NCBI RefSeq assembly: GCF_963921235.1
Contig: NC_086100.1
Coordinates: 167,090,001 to 167,154,000, forward strand
DNA from: Mobula hypostoma
Lineage: Eukaryota
Reading direction: 5' to 3'
DNA length: 64,000 nt
In this document: piece by piece, positions 37,101 through 49,100 of the stretch
Position numbering within the stretch: the stretch's first letter is position 1
How the letters are laid out: each line of letters begins with the position of its first letter
Program-made: the position numbers and the translations under genes
Notes under the pieces: generated by a model
What the model was told of the DNA's origin: nothing
The model's input: only the letters and a program-made list of their open reading frames with translations
The model's database searches: none

Positions 37101-40100
37101 GTGCTGTCTTCCTCCAGTATTTCGTACCTTGCAAAAGATGGATTAGAGGAACAGGCACAAGTAGCCTAGCCTGATTCTGTTCTGTCGCATTCTGAAGCTG
37201 AAGAGAAACACTGCCAGAGGAACAGATGCCCCTCCAACCCCAGTGTGTAGCTGCAGCTTCCTGAATCCCCATGAGTTCCCACCACAACATCAGTGTCCTC
37301 AAAGACACAGCGGTGCTCAATCAGCAATGGCAAAGCTGCCAATTTACAGCACACCACCTTTCACTGTTCGGTCAGATGGCAATAGAATGGCTCTGAATTG
37401 TTTTAACGGAGCCTTACTCTCTCACTCCTTCAAGCCATCTCCAGGTTATTTCACGTTATTTGGTAGACACCATGCATCACCCCCAACAACCTTCTTTGTA
37501 ACTTACATCAAAGTTGCTGGTGAACGCAGCAGGCCAGGCAGCATCTGTAGGAAGAGGTGCAGTCGACGTTTCAGGCCGAGACCCTTCGTCAGGACTAACT
37601 GAAGGAAGAGTGAGTAAGGGATTTGAAAGTTGGAGGGGGAGGGGGAGATCCAAAATGATAGAAGACAGGAGGAGGAGGGATAGAGCCGAGAGCTGGACAG
37701 GTGATTGGCAAAAGGGGATACGAGAGGATCATGGGACAGGAGGTCCGGGAAGAAAGTCAAGGGGGGGGGGCCCCAGAGGATGGGCAAGAGGTATATTCAG
37801 AGGGACAGAGGGAGAAAAAGGAGAGTGAGAGAAAGAATGTGTGCATAAAAATGAGTAACAGATGGGGTACGAGGGGGAGGTGGGGCCTTAGCGGAAGTTA
37901 GAGAAGTCGATGTTCATGCCATCAGGTTGGAGGCTACCCAGACGGAATATAAGGTGTTGTTCCTCCAACCTGAGTGTGGCTTCATCTTTACAGTAGAGGA
38001 GGCCGTGGATGGACATGTCAGAATGGGAATGGGATGTGGAATTAAAATGTGTGGCCACTGGGAGATCCTGCTTTCTCTGGCGGACAGAGCGTAGATGTTC
38101 AGCAAAGAGGTCTCCCAGTCTGCGTCGGGTCTCGCCAATATATAAAAGGCCACATCGGGAGAACCAGACGCAGTATATCACCCCAGTCGACTCACAGGTG
38201 AAGTGTTGCCTCACCTGGAAGGACTGTTTGGGGCCCTGAATGGTGGTAAGGGAGGAAGTGTAAGGGCATGTGTAGCACTTGTTCCGCTTACACTGATAAG
38301 TGCCAGGTAGCCTCCAACCTGATGGCATGAACATTGACTTCTCTAACTTCCGCTAAGGCCCCACCTCCCCCTCGTACCCCATCTGTTACTCATTTTTATG
38401 CACACATTCTTTCTCTCACTCTCCTTTTTCTCCCTCTGTCCCTCTGAATATACCTCTTGCCCATCCTCTGGGTCCCCCCCCCCGCCGTCTTTCTTCCCGG
38501 ACCTCCTGTCCCATGATCCTCTCGTATTCCCTTTTGCCTATCACCTGTCCAGCTCTTGGCTCTATCCCTCCCCCTCCTGTCTTCTCCTATCATTTTCGAT
38601 CTCCCCCTCCCCCTCCAACTTTCAAATCCCTTACTCACTCTTCCTTCAGTTAGTCCTGACGAAGGGTCTCGGCCTGAAACGTCGACTGCACCTCTTCCTA
38701 CAGATGCTGCCTGGCCTGCTGCGTTCACCAGCAACTTTGATGTGTGTTGCTTGAATTTCCAGCATCTGCAGAATTCCTGTTGTTTTCTTTGTAACTTGTT
38801 TGTTTGGGCCACTGTATTATTTACTCAATCCTCCATTAGGAGCAACTTGGGCTTGTTTGGAGGGCAGCGTACTGGAGAGTGTGCGCATCATCAATGGCCA
38901 CTCTGAGAGCACAACAGTCATAATCCAACTGTCCAAAATGGGAGGTCTTCAAGTAGAAGCCACTAACACAGCCAAACACCTACTCTACCCACAAACTGAC
39001 TTCTCCCACAAAATCACAGCCAGTAACCCCTACTCTGTATCATTTGACCCTTACCTCACATCCCTGTCCCAAAGGATCAATTTTGTGAACAGTAAGATCC
39101 ACATGAAAGTGGATCTCATTACTGTAATACTATCTGCTGAAAAAGTACCCACTCCGAGGTATTGGGGAGAACTCTCTTGCTCTTCAAAATCACATGAAGG
39201 GATTTTTAACATTCTCCTATACAAGGACAGGCAATATATCAGCTTAACATCTTATCAAATTACAGAAGGAAAGGCAGAGGGATCGCTGACCGATAAACTT
39301 AGCTTCCAGATCATAAGCCAATACCAAGAATGAGTTAAGTTCTGATAGTAAGTTCCTCAGATTTTATCAGTGGAAAAACTTGGCTGGGGTCTGAGATCAG
39401 GTTGTCCAGAGAAAACAGCACCATTAAAGGTATCCTGACTGGTTACATCATGGTTTAATGCCGCAATTTAACGCGCAGGAACACAAGCGACAGAGAATCC
39501 TGGACTCGGCCCAACACATCCCTGCCCACCACTAGTAATACTAACAGGAGGCATGGCCTCAAGAAAAAAAATCATCCATCAAGGACCACCACTATCTAGT
39601 CTACGCCATCTTCTCACAGCTACCATTGGCTAGGAGGTAGAGAAGTTTGACGTCCCACACTGTTCGGTTCAAGAACAGCTAATTCCTTTCAACATTCAGT
39701 TCTTGAACCAAACGTCAAAAGTCTAAATCACTACAAATTAGCAATGCTATGACCACCTTGCACTAAAATGGACATTTTTGTTCTGTGTTCTTTCCTGTAA
39801 AAAATTTGATAATTTATGTTTTATGTATTTTTGAGCATATGATGCCATGTGCCTGTGATGCTGCCGTTAAGTGTGTTTACATTGCACCTGTGTGAAAAAA
39901 AAGATCAGCATAGAGTTCGAGCCTCCTGGTGTTCAGACCAACAGTAAAGAAACCTCGTCAAGACAGTGGGTACTCCCCATGTGAAAATTTTATGAAATTT
40001 GATAAATGATGGTTGCTGGCGATGGAAGAGATCTTCAAACTGGGGAGCATTACAGAGCCAATCAGCGAGGGTGTAAGATTCCATCACATCCAACAAGACT

Positions 40101-43100
40101 TACTGAGAGAGACTGTAAGATCTGGGAGATCCGTTAGCACATGGACAGGAGCTTCCCATCTCGGCACTGGCTGCACTCCAGAGGAGTAAATTAGTTTACC
40201 ACTGTCACACGTACCAAGGTACACTGAAAAACATTTGGACGCCATCCATACAGTACAAGGGAAAACCAACAACAGAATATTGTTAGTTACTGAGAAAGTG
40301 TAGTGCAGGCAGGCAATAAGGTGCATGGTAGATTGTGAGATCAAGGACCCATCTCATCGTACTAGAGGACTGTCTTATTTCAGGAGGATAAAATCTGTCC
40401 TTGAGCCTGGTGGTATGTGCTTTCAGGCTTTTGTATATTCTGCCCGATGAGCAAGGGGAGAAGAGAGAATGTCCAGGTTGGGTTAGGTCTTTGATTACGT
40501 TGGTTGCTTTCCATGATGTGCTACGTCCATAACCCTGCAGTTACAGGGTAAAGCCTGGGTGCCAAACCTCAGCATTAAGTGAGCGTCTCTCTCTTTCCAC
40601 CCTGCCGAACACCAGCCCTCACAGGCTGCCTCTGTGTTGAGACAAGGCACATGGTGGAGATGATTTTATGGCTGTGGTAACCCCAGCTGCGATCTGAGTC
40701 CATCAGTCAGGCTCATAATTCAACTGCAGGAGTGCAGAGGTTCACAGCACCGTCAGTAATGTACGCAGACATGTAACGATAAAATGAATCATTTCAGCAC
40801 CAGTTCCATTCTCAGTCTGGTTCCCCAGTGCTAAGCGAGACAGCGCTGTGGTACATAACGTTCTATGTTCATTATCACTCAGAAGCTGGTAATAACAAAC
40901 TGAAATTCATGGACTCATTCAAAGTTCAAACTACTGCATCAGGGAGGAGAGAACTTGCTCTTGACAGAGAGCACAATGACAGAGGCACACTGTAGCAAGG
41001 GGCGGTTGCTACACACCAGTTGCCACACAGCAAGTCCTGGTGCAGAGGCAAGGAGGTCCAAGATTATTGGAGACCAGACAATGTTGCACAGACTTAGCAA
41101 ACACACATGGACACAAAAACATTCAGACCCCATCCTACCACACCCCGATTTACAGCACAAGGGCTTTCAATTTCCTCATCCAATATCTGCAATGTGATAC
41201 TTTTCCAGAGAACAGCAATGACCGTGAACTCATAAGCAGCAGGGCATCTAGAGTCAGATTTATTCATCACATACTTTTCCAGAGAACAGCAATGACCGTG
41301 AACTCATAGGCAGCAGGGCATCAAGAGTCAGATTTATTCATCACATCTATATCGAAATATACAGTGAAATGTGTCATTTGCATTAACACCCAATACACCA
41401 AGCATGTGCTGATGCCACCTGGCCACAGAAGAGCAAAAATCCTCAAACAGGATCTCACTGGACTAGGTGGACCAAATGTCCTGCTTCTTTGCAGCATACC
41501 GACTATACAATATCAAAGCAACCCTTTGATAATCCAAACCACAAAGGAGCTGGAGGAACACCATTCCAGGCAGCATGTCAAGCAGAAGGGTCTCGAAATG
41601 TCAACCGTCCATTTTCCTCCATAGATGCTGACTGACCAGACAAGTTCCTCCAACTCCTTTGCGTGTTGATCTGCATTTCCAGAATCTGCAGTTTCTTAAT
41701 GTCACAGCTCTGTCACTCCCAATATATTACATTAATGGGACAAATAAGTCAGTGTTACTAGGTATGAAGTCTAGTGCAGCCTTACAAGAATTTCCATTCA
41801 GTCTCATTGGTCCATGTCACTGTTCAATCAAATTTGTATATTGCCTTATGATACAAGAGGCCATTAGTCCAACCAGATTGATGCTGTTCTCACAGTAACC
41901 TTACTGACCCACTTATTTAACAGCAACTTTTTCTTTCCCAGGTGCTCAGTTTCCACCCCTCCTACTAGGGGTAACATACAATGACTAATCAACCACCCCA
42001 TGTATCTTTGCCAGATGGGAGGAAACCAGAGGATCCAATCACACAAAGTTTGTGCAAACTCCACACAGGCAGTTTAGTTAATGTCCAACCATTTTTTGAG
42101 GGTTTCAGATCATCGTGCCTGCCTTTTCAGATTGTGGCAAAAGTTTTCAAAGATTTCAAAATTGTCTAACCAATACCTAATCAACCCCTTGCTGCTTAGT
42201 CATGGTAATGCACGATGAAAAAAAGCCTTCGGTCTAACTTGTCCATGATGACCATCAAGATAGTTACATTTGCCTGCATTTGACCCTTTCCCTTCTAAAT
42301 TCCTCTTATCTAAATGTCTTATTGTTCCAAGTCCTGTTTAAATTAAACTGCGTCAGGCACGCAAAACATCACTGGGCGATCAAGTTAATAAAGGCCATTG
42401 GACCCAAATGATCAAGTTCATGCCTCTACTCTAAAACTCCAGTCATAAATCCTTGGTACTTCTAGTTTAGAGCTTTTCTTTAAATTAAAAAAAATGTTTA
42501 AGCAATAAATCCAAATTAGGGTATTACTTCTAACCCTCAGCACCCTTGCATATTTATGCAGGAGCTTCCTTGTAAAACATTAAATTGTACTAACAGAGTC
42601 ACAGAACAATATAGCATAGTGTAGAATGCCCTCCTGCTTCAAATTATCCACCATTGTCCCTGTACCAAAAAAGACCAAGGTAACATGTCTGAACGACTGG
42701 TGTCCTGTCACACTCATCTCAATAACAAGCAAATGCTGATAGAGGCTGATAGAATTACATCTGCAGCTTGCTACTACCCACACTGGACCCCCTACAATTC
42801 ACCTACCGACACAACCGATCGACAGATGACGCAATAGCCACAGCTCTACGCACTGTCCTCACACATCTGGAAAAGACGGATGCTGATGTGAGAATGCTGT
42901 TCTTGGACTACAGTTCAGCATTCAACTTGATAATTCCATCCAGGCTCGACAAGAAGCTCAGAAACCTCTACCTTGACCCTGACTTGTGCAGCTGGATCCT
43001 GGACTTCCTGTCAGATCGCCTGCAGGTGGTAAGAGTTGGCTCCCTCACCTCTGCTCCTCTGACCCTCAACACAGGAGCCCCTCAGGACTGTGTCCTAAAT

Positions 43101-46100
43101 CCCCTCCTTTACTCCCTGTATATCCATGACTGTATCACCACCCACAGCACAAATCTGCTAATTAAATTTGCTGATGACACTACATTGGCCTAATCTCAAA
43201 CAATAACGAGGTGGCCCACAGGGAAGAAGTTATTTCTCTGACACAGTGGTGTCAAGAAAACAACCTCTCCCTCAATGTCAGAAAAACAAAAGAGCTGGTT
43301 GTGGATTACAGGAGGAATGGAGACCCCTACTGACATCAATGGATCTGGGGTTGAGAGGTAAACAGCTTTAAGTTCCTCCGCATGCACATCACCAAGGACC
43401 TCAAGTGGTCTGTACACACCAACTGGGTGGTGAAAAAGGCACAACAGTGCCTCGTTCACCTCAGACAATTGAGAAAGTTTGGTATGGGCGCCCAAATCCT
43501 AAGAACTTCCTACAGGGTCACAAATGAGAGTATCCTGACTGGCTTTATCATTGCCTGGTATGGGAACTGTACCTCCCTTAATCGCAGGATTCTGCAGAGA
43601 ATGGTGCGGACAGTCCAGCGTATCTGCAGTTGTGAACTTCCCATGATTCAGGACATTTACAAAGACAAGTGTGAGAAAAGGGCCCAAAGGATCATATAGT
43701 CATAGTCATAATCATACTTTATTGATCCCAGGGGAAATTGGTTTTTGTTACAGTTGCACCATAAATAATAAATGGTAATAGAACCATAAATAGTTAAATA
43801 TTAATATGTAAATTATGCCAGTAAATTATGAAATAAGTCCAGGACCAGCCTATTGGCTCAGGGTGTCTGACAACCAAGGGAAGAGTTGTAAAGTTTGATG
43901 GCCACAGGCAGGAATGACTTTCTATGATGCTCTAAGTCGCATCTCGGTGGAATGAGTCTCTGGCTGAATGTACTCCTGTGCCCACCCAGTACATTATGTA
44001 GTGGATGGGAGACATTGACCAAGATGGCATGCAACTTGGACAGCATCCTCTTTTCAGACACCACCGTCAGAGAGTCCAGTGCCATCCCCACAACATCACT
44101 GGCCTTACGAATGAGTTTGTTGATTCTGTTGGTGTCTGCTACCCTCAGCCTGCTGCCTCAGCACACAACAGCAAACATGATAGCACTGGCCACCACAGAC
44201 TCGTAGAACATCCTCAGCATCGTCCGGCAGATGTTAAAGGATCTCAGTCTCCTCAGGAAATAGAGACGGCTCTGACCCTTCTTGTAGACAGCCTCAGTGT
44301 TCTTTGACCAGTCCAGTTTATAGTCAATTCGTATCCCCAGGTATTTGTAATCCTCCACCATGTCAAAGGTTCTGAACTTAAAGAGGGGTAACTGTGAAGG
44401 TATGAGACATGAATTAGCTAAGATAGACTGGCAAATGACACTTCAAGGATTGACGGTGGATATGCAATGGCAGGCATTTAAAGGTTGCATGGATGAACTA
44501 CAACAATTGTTCATCCCAGTTTGGCAAAAGAATAAATCAAGGAAGGTAGTGCACCCGTGGCTGACAAGAGAAATTAGGGATAGTATCAATTCCAAAGAAG
44601 TAGCATACAAATTAGCCAGAGAAAGTGGCTCACCTGAGGACTGGGAGAAATTCAGAGTTCAGCAGAGGAGGACAAAGGGCTTAATTAGGAAGGGGAAAAA
44701 AGATTATGAGAGAAAACTGGCAGAGAACATAAAAACGGACTGTAAAAGCTTTTATAGATATGTAAAAAGGAAAAGACTGATAAAGACAAATGTAGGTCCC
44801 CTGCAAACAGAAACAGGTGAATTGATTATGGGGAGCAAGGACATGGCAGACCAATTGAATAATTACTTTGGTTCTGTCTTCACTAAGGAGGACATAAATA
44901 ATCTTCCAGAAATAGTAAGGGACAGAGGGTCCAGTGAGATGGAGGAACTGAGCGAAATACATGTTAGTAGGGAAGTGGTGTTAGGTAAATTGAAGGGATT
45001 GAAGGCAGATAAATCCCCAGGGCCAGATGGTCTGCATCCCAGAGTGCTTAAGGAAGTGGCCCAAGAAATAGTGGATGCATTAGTGATAATTTTTCAAAAC
45101 TCGTTAGATTCTGGACTAGTTCCTGAGGATTGGAGGGTGGCTAATGTAACCCCACTTTTTAAAAAAGGAGGGAGAGAGAAACCGGGGAATTATAGGCCGG
45201 TTAGCCTAACGTCGGTGGTGGGGAAACTGCTGGAGTCAGTTATCAAGGATGTGATAACAGCACATTTGGAAAGCGGTGAAATGATCGGACAAAGTCAGCA
45301 TGGATTTGTGAAAGGAAAATCATGTCTGACGAATCTCATAGAATTTTTTGAGGATGTAACTAGTAGAGTGGATAGGGGAGAACCAGTGGATGTGGTATAT
45401 TTGGATTTTCAAAAGGCTTTTGACAAGGTCCCACATAGGAGATTAGTGTGCAAACTTAAAGCACACGGTATTGGGGGTAAGGTATTGGTGTGGGTGGAGA
45501 ATTGGTTAGCAGACAGGAAGCAAAGAGTGGGAATAAACGGGACCTTTTCAGAATGGCAGGCGGTGACTAGTGGGGTACCGCAAGGCTCAGTGCTGGGACC
45601 CCAGTTGTTTACAATATATATTAATGACTTGGATGAGGGAATTAAATGCAGCATCTCCAAGTTTGCGGATGACACAAAGCTGGGTGGCAGTGTTAGCAGT
45701 GAGGAGGATGCTAAGAGGATGCAGGGTGACTTGGATAGGTTGGGTGAGTGGGCAAACTCATGGCAGATGCAATTTAATGTGGATAAATGTGAAGTTATCC
45801 ACTTTGGTGGCAAAAATAGGAAAACAGATTATTATCTGAATGGTGGCCGATTAGGAAAAGGGGAGGTGCAACGAGACCTGGGTGTCATTATACACCAGTC
45901 ATTGAAAGTGGGCATGCAGGTACAGCAGGCGGTGAAAAAGGCGAACGGTATGCTGGCATTTATAGCGAGAGGATTCGAGTACAGGAGCAGGGAGGTACTA
46001 CTGCAGTTGTACAAGGCCTTGGTGAGACCACACCTGGAGTATTGTGTGCAGTTTTGGTCCCCTAATCTGAGGAAAGACAACTTTGCCATAGAGGGAGTAC

Positions 46101-49100
46101 AAAGAAGGTTCACCAGATTGATTCCTGGGATGGCAGGTCTTTCATATGAAGAAAGACTGGATGAACTGGGCTTGTACTCGTTGGAATTTAGAAGATTGAG
46201 GGGGGATCTGATTGAAACGTATAAGATCCTAAAGGGATTGGACAGGCTAGATGCGGGAAGATTGTTCCCGATGTTGGGGAGGTCTAGAACGAGGGGTCAC
46301 AGTTTGAGGATAGAGGGGAAGCCTTTTAGGACCGAGGTTAGGAAAAACTTCTTCACACAGAGAGTGGTGAATCTGTGGAATTCTCTGCCACAGCAAACTG
46401 TTGAGGCCAGTTCATTAGCTATGTTTAAAAGGAAGTTAGATATGGCCCTTGTGGCTACAGGGGTCAGGGGGTATGGAGGGAAGGCTGGGGCGGGGTTCTG
46501 AGTTGGATGATCAGCCATGATCATAATAAATGGCGGTGCAGGCTCGAAGGGCCGAATGGCCTACTCCTGCACCTATTTTCTATGTTTCTATGTTTCTATG
46601 TCCACACTGACCCCCTGGATGGAAACAGGGATCACCAGTACCTTAGCTCTCCTCAGGTCTACCACCAGCTCCTTAGTCTTTTTCACAATAAGCTGCAGAT
46701 AATTCTGCTCACACTGGGGACCCGAGTCACCTCAATCATAATATATTGCAGCTGCTACCATCCAGGAAGCAGTACCGCAGCATAAAAGCCAGGACCAACA
46801 GGCTCCAGGACAGCTTTTTCCACCAGGCCATCAGACTGATTAACTCATGCTGATTTGAGTGCATTTCTATGTTACATCAACTGTTCTATTTATTATAAAT
46901 TACTATAATTGCACATTTAAACAGAGACGAAATGTAAAGAATTTTATTCCTCGTGTATATGAAGGATGTAAGAAATAAAGTCAATTAAATTCAATTCAAA
47001 CACAAGTCCAATGGCCCAACTGGTCCGTGTTGACTACAGTGTCTAAGCTATAGTCTCATTTGCCCTCATTTAGACCAAGTCCCTTTAAACCTTTCTATGC
47101 TTGTACTTGTCCAAAAGGTAATAATGATTAGTCTAATGCTTATATTGGAGCATTATCAAATAGAGCTTGACAGAGACTCAGTCAAGATACTAAGTCAAGT
47201 GACCAAAGGCTCAGTCAGTGCAGAAGGTCTCATGTTTACAAAAAAAAATTAAGGAGCAGCAAGAAACGTTTAAGGAGAAAACTACAGACCTTATACCCTT
47301 GAGGGTTGAAGGCAGGGATGGATTAAAGTCAAGGCCATCTTCTCTTAAAGCACAGGAAGAGGCCACTCAACCCAATGACTCTAAGTGGGTTTCCAAAACA
47401 AACACCTAATCCATTCCCCCATTTCCTCTTGTAACCTATTCTCCCCACGCTCCCATTAACTTCTCCCAGACTGGAATCATACAGCGCTTAACAAGCCCTT
47501 TGGCCAACTCATACATGCCAGTTCTACCACACATCTACACACTAGGGGCAATCCACAGCAAACTATGCATCACTGGGATGCAGGGGGAAACTCACGCAGT
47601 TACAGGGAGAACATGAAAACTCCACACAGACAGCACCACATGTCAGAGTCAAATTTGGGTCACTGGAACCATGAGGCAGCAGCTCTACCTGCTGGGCTGA
47701 CAATCTGCTACGTTTGGTACGTAGCAAGTTACCTAGGAGGCTACTGAGGCAAGATGTCAAAATCTTGGAGGCATTAGGAAAAGAGGCATGGCTGGCCAAA
47801 GTTCAAAGTAAAATTTATTATCAAAGTTCCTCCGTAATAGAATAACAACCATAACAGAATCAATGAAAGACTGCACCAACTTGGGCTTTGAAACCAGTGT
47901 GCAAAAGATAACAAACTCTACAAATACAAAAATAAAGAATTAATAGTAAAAAGTAAGTCAGCAATAAATATCAAGAACATGAGATGAAGAGTCCTTAAAA
48001 GTGAGTCCATAGGTGTGGGAACATTTCAATGACGGGACAAGTGAAGTTCAGTTAAGTTAACCCCTTTGATTCAAGAACTTGATGGCTGAGGGGTAATAAA
48101 AGTTCCTGAACCTGGTGGTGAGAGTCCTGAGGCTCCTGTACCTGAGAAGACAGCATGACCTGAGTGTTGGGTGACCCTAATGATGGATGCAGTTCCTTGC
48201 AACAATGCTCCATGTAGATGTACACAATGGTGGGGTGAGCTTTATCCATGATGGACTAGGCCGTATCCATTACTTTTTGTAGGATTTTCCACTCAAGGGC
48301 ATTGGAGTTTCCATACAAGGCTGTGTTGCAGCCAGTCAATGTACTCTCCATCACACATCTATAGAAGTTTGTCAAAGTTTTAGATGGCATGCTGAATCTT
48401 CACAAATTCCTATGGAAATAGAAGCAATGTTGTGCTATCTTTGTAATTATACTTAACGTGCTGGGCCCAGGACAGGGCCTCTGAAATGATAACACCAAGC
48501 AATTTAAAGTTGCTGACCCCCTCCACCCCTGATCCTACGATGAGAACTGGCTCATGAAATTCTGATTTCCTCCTCCTGAAGTCAATAATCAGCTCCTTGG
48601 TCTTGCTGACATTGAATAAGAGGTTATTGTTGTTATGGCACCACTCAGCCAGATTTTCAACCTTTCTCCTACAAGTGGATTTGTAACCACTTTTGATTCA
48701 GGAGTCAATGAAGTTTGGGCATGTACAAGGATAAGAGGTTATGGGTGAAAAGGATACTGTATGAAAGGATATGGCAGCAAAATTCTGGATGAGCTCAGTT
48801 ATGTGCAAGTAGAACCTGGGACCTATACACATGCACCAGAATACCAAATTCCAGAGAGGTAACAAAGGATCAAGCTAGTCAGTGGTGTAGTGGCATCAGC
48901 ACTGGACTTCAAGGCGGATGGTCCTGAGTTCGAATCCAGCCGGGTCCCAAACTGGTTACTTATGTAACTTGCCACGAAAACGTCAATAAAAAAGCCAAGA
49001 AACCAAGAAGGCAAGTACCAGAAGAACCAGTAACCCAAGCTGGGACCACAGAAAACAAGACCCAACTAGGCTCAAAAACATTCTACTCCTCAAATGGTCC

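Larger units (their letters stand above)
37505..38784. mobile_element. Palindromic Penelope-like insertion E with GIY-YIG endonuclease fragment
   Basis: Minus-strand ORF 37888-38334 (CKRNKCYTC...[26 protein letters not shown]...HFN) is a PLE GIY-YIG domain. Arms 37505-~37938 and ~38306-38784; 13-bp TSD TTCTTTGTAACTT at 37492-37504 and 38785-38797. Confidence 0.92.
42590..47000 (+). mobile_element. Rex1/Babar-like LINE (outer layer of nest; 42590-43695 plus 46713-47000)
   Basis: [32 protein letters not shown]; the frame ...KRAQRII resumes as GDPSH...[18 protein letters not shown] at 46713; AATAAA and (ATTCA)-like tail at ~46973-46999. Confidence 0.85.

Noticed and set aside
4485-38906. Repeated ORFs [26 protein letters not shown]... 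and ...[26 protein letters not shown] as a multicopy small-protein family
   Set aside because: They are translations of the non-coding Penelope 3' end/hammerhead region on either strand, with inconsistent frames and stops between copies.
38800-39333. 177-aa ORF (and the 194-aa ORF at 16462-17046)
   Set aside because: No recognisable domain; they overlap SINE remnants and lack supporting splice or promoter context.
44360-46501. 713-aa ORF as a host or domesticated gene
   Set aside because: It is a typical 5'-truncated CR1 ORF2 with a microsatellite tail, nested in another LINE, with a near-identical partial copy elsewhere in the window.
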